Shown: positions 59,385 to 64,000 of the stretch, one piece after another | How the letters are laid out: every line of letters begins with the position of its first letter | Position numbering within the stretch: position 1 is the stretch's first letter | Assembly: GCA_025358765.1 (NCBI GenBank) | Contig: JANYIG010000168.1 | Location: 325-64,324, forward strand | From: Candidatus Kapaibacterium sp. | GTDB taxonomy: Bacteria; Bacteroidota; Ignavibacteria; Kapaibacteriales; UBA4661 | Direction of reading: 5' to 3' | Length of the DNA stretch: 64,000 bases | Notes under the pieces: model-generated | Databases searched by the model: none | Told to the model about the DNA's origin: nothing | The model's input: the letters and a program-made list of their open reading frames with translations, nothing else | Made by a program: the position numbers and the translations under genes

Positions 59385-60128
59385 ATGTATTTTCACAATT
59401 TTATCGTTGAACAAACAATGGGAAAAATTGGATATTGGGTGTCGCGCATATTTGCCGCTATAGGAGTGCTGTTGTTGGCTGTAGCATTGTTTCTGGCGAT
59501 AAAAACTATTCGTTTCGTCAGTTCATCGGAACTGACAACGGGAGTAGTGGTGGATATTGTCAGCATTAGCTCAGGTACAATAGACCGAGACTACACACCT
59601 GTTGTTCGCTATGTTCCGAGGCGCGGTGATACACTCACATATCAGCCAACGTGGTCGAGTTCGTTCATGTATCCCATTGGGCAGCGTGTTCCCGTGTATT
59701 TTAATCCCAATCGCCCAGAAGAAGCAGAAATCAAGAGTTTCACAGCACAATGGTTTGGGACGATGATAAGTTTTCTGTTGGGAGCCGTTTATGGCGGCAT
59801 CGGCGGGGGAATGCTGCTGCACGCAGAACGCAAACGCCGTTTGATGAAATGGCTCAAACAGCCCGGAAATGCAGAATGCGTAAAGGCAAGTATTATCTCG
59901 GTGCGAAAAAACACAAGCTACAGCGAAAATAATATCCATCCGTTTCATATCAATTGTCAGTGGACGCAGTCCGCAACAAACCGAGTGTTTGTGCTCAAAA
60001 GTGAGAATATCTGGTTTGACCCAGCGCCGTATCTTACTTCCGAGATGATAGACGTACTGATAAATCCTCAAAACCCTCGTCAATACTGGGTGGATATATC
60101 ATTCCTGCTGAACGCCTCCTCATCATAA
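59385..60128 (+). CDS. hypothetical membrane protein (DUF3592-like topology)
   Basis: Two TM helices flank a beta-rich segment (TTGVVVDIVS...YTPVVRYVP...). Confidence 0.35.
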   Translation: MYFHNFIVEQTMGKIGYWVSRIFAAIGVLLLAVALFLAIKTIRFVSSSELTTGVVVDIVSISSGTIDRDYTPVVRYVPRRGDTLTYQPTWSSSFMYPIGQRVPVYFNPNRPEEAEIKSFTAQWFGTMISFLLGAVYGGIGGGMLLHAERKRRLMKWLKQPGNAECVKASIISVRKNTSYSENNIHPFHINCQWTQSATNRVFVLKSENIWFDPAPYLTSEMIDVLINPQNPRQYWVDISFLLNASSS

Positions 60129-60154
60129 TTTTAACTCCATTTTGTTTATCCATC

Positions 60155-60499
60155 ATGTTTTCGTTTGAACATCATTCCCAACCCATTATCCAACGCAGAG
60201 AATTTCTCTTACGGTTTGCTCGAACCGCATTTGCAGGTGCGGTGTTGGTTTTGGTATCGCTCGTAGCGGGTATGGCAGGCTATCACTACTTCGAGAACAT
60301 GTTGTGGATAGATGCTTTTGCCAATGCTTCGATGATTCTTTCCGGCATGGGTCCTTTAGCGCAGCCGCAAACTACGGAAGGGAAGCTCTTTGCGGGCTTT
60401 TATGCGCTGTATAGTGGTTTGGCGGTCGTCATCGTTGCTGGTATTACATTTGCACCCGTGATTCACCGATTTCTTCATAAACTTCACGCTGAGAAGTAA
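60155..60499 (+). CDS. small hypothetical membrane protein
   Basis: 114 aa, 3 predicted TM helices. Confidence 0.3.
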   Translation: MFSFEHHSQPIIQRREFLLRFARTAFAGAVLVLVSLVAGMAGYHYFENMLWIDAFANASMILSGMGPLAQPQTTEGKLFAGFYALYSGLAVVIVAGITFAPVIHRFLHKLHAEK

Positions 60500-60632
60500 G
60501 GTTGAATACCTTAAAAATATACCTGAACAAACCGTGCAACGTGTGATGATTGATAAATAACGCACCACAAAAAATAAATCCCTGTTGGAGCAGAGCGCTT
60601 CAGCAGGGATTTTTCATTTCGATAGAAATATT

Positions 60633-63539
60633 CTACAGCAAAAAGCCTAATTCTTCCAACGCATCATCCGCGTACGCAAGTCCGTAGGGAACATCCGGCA
60701 TCAACTCCAAAAGCTGCTTGTGGCGCGGCGAAAGGCTGCCGGATTGCAACTGCGAATCCAGAACATACATCACGCCTTGGTCTTCGTCGGTGCGGATGAG
60801 TCGCCCAAACATTTGCCGGAACGCTTGAAACATAAGCGGTTTATCCACTTCGTTCCATGCTATTTGCGAAAGGCGTTTCGGGTCAGGCTGTTCGCCGCGT
60901 TCAAGTGCTTCGTCGGCGTATTGCGCTACGAGTGCTTCCTGCAAGCCGCGTGTGTAGGGATTCGGAACGGCGTAGGGCATTTTTTCCAACACGATGCATT
61001 GCAGGTCGTCGCCCGGGATGTCCACACCCTTCCACAACCCGCGAGCACCCATCAACACTGCCGAATCGGAGAATTTGAATTGTTCCACACACTTGTGCTG
61101 CGACGGGCTGGTGATGCCGTGCGAAATAAGTTCAATATTTTGTTTTTGCAGCATCGGGAACAGCGCCGTGTGAACTTGTTGCAACCTAGCTTTGCTGGTG
61201 AATAGTACAAGTGTTCGCCCGCCCAGTTTTGCTGCGGCTTTGGCGATAAATTCGGCGGATTGTTTGGCGAATGTTGGTTGATTGTTTGCGGGAAATCCTT
61301 TCAGGAAGATAATCCGCGAATTCTTGCGGTAATCGAATGGCGATTTGAAGCGGCTTGTGGAGAGCGGTTTGTGGTTGTCACTTTCTTCGTTTTGAAAAGA
61401 ATTTAAGCCCAAACCTTTGATGAAATCTTGCATGTCGCGGGTGCTGGAGATTGTTGCCGACGTAAATACTGCTGCGTAAAGATTTGTCAGAATTTTTTCC
61501 GCAAACAGCGTACCAATGTTATACGGCGTGGCAACCACTGCCCAATCGTTGCGTTCCACGCGGAGGTACAACGCAAACTTCTTTTCTTCTTGCTCCAAAA
61601 ACTGCGTTATTGTCATTACTATTTTTTGCAAATCCTCCACGCGATAAAGTAATTCCTTTTGTTGTGCGGTCGGCTCTACGGAATCAATTCCTCCCCACAG
61701 TTTTAAGAGTTTATCGGCTGTTTGGAGAATCTCGAATGCCACCACGCGCAAGTTTTCTAAATCGTCGGTAATAAATCGGCGTTGATCGGTGTTGATGCGT
61801 TGGTCGTTAAGCGGCGCTTGGAGCGTAAAATTATCTTCGCCACGAAGCTCCTGCATTTGCACCGTGAGCCGTGCCAAAATATCGTTAAACTTTGTTCCCA
61901 AGCCCCAGACGTGTGTCAAGTTTGGTAGTGTAGCCGTTGCGTTCTCCGCTTTTTTGCTGTTTTTTACGTCACGCAATAATAGCTGAACGGTCGAATACGA
62001 ATCGCTCAAAATGCCATCATCTGCCGTAAGCGCGGCTATGGTGTCGCGCATTTGGCTGCGGAGCGCTATATTGCTGAATGCTTCCACGGCTTCATTCGTG
62101 AGTTCGTCTGCTTCATCCACGATAAGGCGGTCAAATTCGGGGTACGAACGAGGATAGGTGAGGAGCAGAGAATGATTCACCGCCAAAATATGCGCCGATG
62201 CCGCTTCCCACTGTTTTTTGAAGTAAAAACATTGCTGAAAAAACGAACACTCGCTCCGTGTACAATCGCGGAAATCCGCTCGCGCTTCGTTTGCAGCGCG
62301 TTGTACGATGGGAAATTCGTGCAATGGTCGTGGCAATTCCTCAACCTCGCCTTCCTCGGAGACATCCATCCATCGCATGAGGAACGCTCCGGCAAAGAGT
62401 GCGTCCGTATCGGTCGAAAACAAACGTTCTGGTTCTGGCAGTATTTCGTTGATTTTCCGCAAACAAGCGTAGTTATTCATTCCTTTTAGCACAACCGCGT
62501 GCAAATCGGGTAGCTCAAAAAGTTCGCGGAGGCGTGGAAGTTCCTGCTGCAAAAATTGATTCTGGAGAGCTTTGGTGTGTGTTGAAATCACAATAGGGGA
62601 ATCAGCATCGGTGGAAAGCGCTGCTAATGCCGCCGTCAGATAAGCGAGTGTTTTCCCTGTACCCGTGCCTGCTTCTGCAACGTAAAAGCCGCCGTCGTTT
62701 AGCGTTCGTACTGCTTTTTCGGACATTTGTTGTTGGGCGGTGCGGAGTTGATAACGTTCGTACACGCGGCTGAAAAATTCCGCTTGTTTGAGCTTTGTCG
62801 GCGCTGCGCTCAAGGATGTATCAAGCGTGGAGCGCTCCATTTCTGCAAACATTTCCTTAAAATTGCGATACTCTGGCAATTGCGCTTCATGCCGTGTCAG
62901 CATGAACGGGAGCCATCCCCAAGCGTTTTTACCCGTTTGATTGTCGCCAAACCAATACTCAACAATGGCGCACAATCCAGCAAACTCTGGTTTTGCAAGT
63001 TCGCCGTCCAAATGTTGCACCACCGCAATCATATCCAATGCGTCCTGCAAACCGCGATGATGCTCAAAATCACGAATCCCAAACTCGCGGATAAAATGTT
63101 GCAAGCTCAGACTTGGCGCAAGCGGATACATAAGCGCCAGCAAGTGGCAGGTATCCATCATCATCGGCGCTTGGAAGTCGCTTCCAAAAACATGTTCAAG
63201 GAAACGCCGCTCGAAGTCGGCGTTATGCGCCATGATGGGGATTGTGCTGTTCTCGCCACCCAAAAAAGCGCGAAACTCATCGCGAACAGCATCAAGTGTT
63301 GGAGCGGCTTTCAGCTCCTCGTTTGTGATGCCCGTCAGTTGCATGATTTCTGGCGAAAGGGTGCGGCGAGGATTGACAAGCGTGGAAAAGCGCTGTATTT
63401 CTTGCCCGTCACGGTAGCGAATAGCTCCAATGTCAATAACCGTATCATTTTCGGGCAGCAAACCCGTTGTTTCAAAATCGAGGGCGATAAACTCGCCGAG
63501 TGCAGGAAATTTGGTCATTCGTTGTTCGTTGTTGGTCAT
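60633..63539 (-). CDS. dinG: DnaQ-like 3'-5' exonuclease domain fused to DinG/Rad3-family ATP-dependent DNA helicase
   Basis: N-terminal exo motifs ALDFETTGL and AHNADFERRFL; helicase motif I AEAGTGTGKTLAYL and motif II IVDEADELT. 968 aa. Confidence 0.8.
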   Translation of the reverse strand: MTNNEQRMTKFPALGEFIALDFETTGLLPENDTVIDIGAIRYRDGQEIQRFSTLVNPRRTLSPEIMQLTGITNEELKAAPTLDAVRDEFRAFLGGENSTIPIMAHNADFERRFLEHVFGSDFQAPMMMDTCHLLALMYPLAPSLSLQHFIREFGIRDFEHHRGLQDALDMIAVVQHLDGELAKPEFAGLCAIVEYWFGDNQTGKNAWGWLPFMLTRHEAQLPEYRNFKEMFAEMERSTLDTSLSAAPTKLKQAEFFSRVYERYQLRTAQQQMSEKAVRTLNDGGFYVAEAGTGTGKTLAYLTAALAALSTDADSPIVISTHTKALQNQFLQQELPRLRELFELPDLHAVVLKGMNNYACLRKINEILPEPERLFSTDTDALFAGAFLMRWMDVSEEGEVEELPRPLHEFPIVQRAANEARADFRDCTRSECSFFQQCFYFKKQWEAASAHILAVNHSLLLTYPRSYPEFDRLIVDEADELTNEAVEAFSNIALRSQMRDTIAALTADDGILSDSYSTVQLLLRDVKNSKKAENATATLPNLTHVWGLGTKFNDILARLTVQMQELRGEDNFTLQAPLNDQRINTDQRRFITDDLENLRVVAFEILQTADKLLKLWGGIDSVEPTAQQKELLYRVEDLQKIVMTITQFLEQEEKKFALYLRVERNDWAVVATPYNIGTLFAEKILTNLYAAVFTSATISSTRDMQDFIKGLGLNSFQNEESDNHKPLSTSRFKSPFDYRKNSRIIFLKGFPANNQPTFAKQSAEFIAKAAAKLGGRTLVLFTSKARLQQVHTALFPMLQKQNIELISHGITSPSQHKCVEQFKFSDSAVLMGARGLWKGVDIPGDDLQCIVLEKMPYAVPNPYTRGLQEALVAQYADEALERGEQPDPKRLSQIAWNEVDKPLMFQAFRQMFGRLIRTDEDQGVMYVLDSQLQSGSLSPRHKQLLELMPDVPYGLAYADDALEELGFLL

Positions 63540-64000
63540 TGGGAGATGTTACTATTCGTTGACTTGCCAAAAATACTGTACAATCTTGGTGATATTCTGT
63601 ATAACGAATAACAGTTGAAACCGCTCAAATTACTGATTTTTTTATTGAGAGGTTGCACAGAATCTTGATAAATTCACGATATTCTTTACTTGAAGTTTAG
63701 ATAAATTCCTGAAAACCGCATCAAACCTTACGCGCAAGAACCCCACTCAATCTCCCCTTATAAGGGGAGAAGCAAGACGCAACACGTCTTCGTGGCGGCT
63801 TGCAGAGGGGTGATACGCTTGAGGGTAGTCAAGGTTCTCTAAACTTAAATAGGGAATCAAGGCGCATTTTTATTGTTTGTAGGAATCGTCGTTGTGGAAA
63901 TCATGCGGGTGATTATCTCCGCAATGATTCGGAAGCGTACAGCAGGGGAGTACCCTGCTTGCTGGTTGCTGCCTTCTTCGGCGGCTGTCGGCTTTTGCGC

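Noticed and set aside
1-64000. Search for tRNA, rRNA, CRISPR arrays and transposase/integrase genes.
   Set aside because: No cloverleaf-compatible segments, no rRNA-like conserved stretches, no regularly spaced direct repeats with unique spacers, and no DDE/tyrosine-recombinase ORFs were recognised. The repeats present are short palindromic intergenic elements, not CRISPR.

Overview
This 64 kb window looks like part of a Bacteroidetes/Chlorobi-group (FCB superphylum) chromosome. Supporting clues are a SusC/SusD pair, a T9SS-type C-terminal sorting domain, a Sec-type (clade II) nosZ cluster, and a mid-40s percent GC by eye. It is densely coding, with about 48 genes.

In order along the window:
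- An NmrA-like oxidoreductase (partial at the window edge) divergent from an HxlR regulator, then heme A synthase CtaA.
- A SusD/SusC pair whose SusC carries an in-frame TAA at a conserved Gln position.
- A glutathione peroxidase and a GNAT-like protein.
- A four-gene cluster of uncharacterised secreted and membrane proteins (10511..16407). Its last two genes have a GldL/PorL-like two-helix module and a GldM/PorM-like bitopic architecture, suggesting a divergent gliding/T9SS-type motor.
- An Omp85-like outer membrane barrel.
- A complete kdpFABC-kdpDE locus. The 29-aa kdpF is absent from the ORF track and was found by hand.
- An NO/N2O module: Rrf2 regulator, RIC/ScdA di-iron protein, cytochrome c, nosZ, a membrane-domain::NosL fusion, nosD, nosF and nosY.
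- A fasciclin lipoprotein.
- A three-gene module (NMO-like 670-aa protein, an internally duplicated membrane protein, an HpnE-like FAD oxidoreductase) bracketed by two copies of a palindromic intergenic repeat.
- A TolC-RND-MFP efflux operon.
- A run of secreted-protein genes (NHL-repeat protein, orphan T9SS CTD, two paralogous CarboxypepD_reg-like proteins) that share a conserved upstream element with a CACAT-N-ATGTG inverted repeat.
- An MCP chemoreceptor, a TonB, a DinB_2 protein, a beta-propeller/Y_Y_Y sensor fused to a PP2C phosphatase, and an exonuclease-DinG helicase fusion.

Two intergenic repeat families were found: a REP-like GTCATKCCAGC...GCTGGMATGAC element and the promoter-associated CACAT element. 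No tRNA, rRNA, CRISPR array or transposase/integrase ORF was found.
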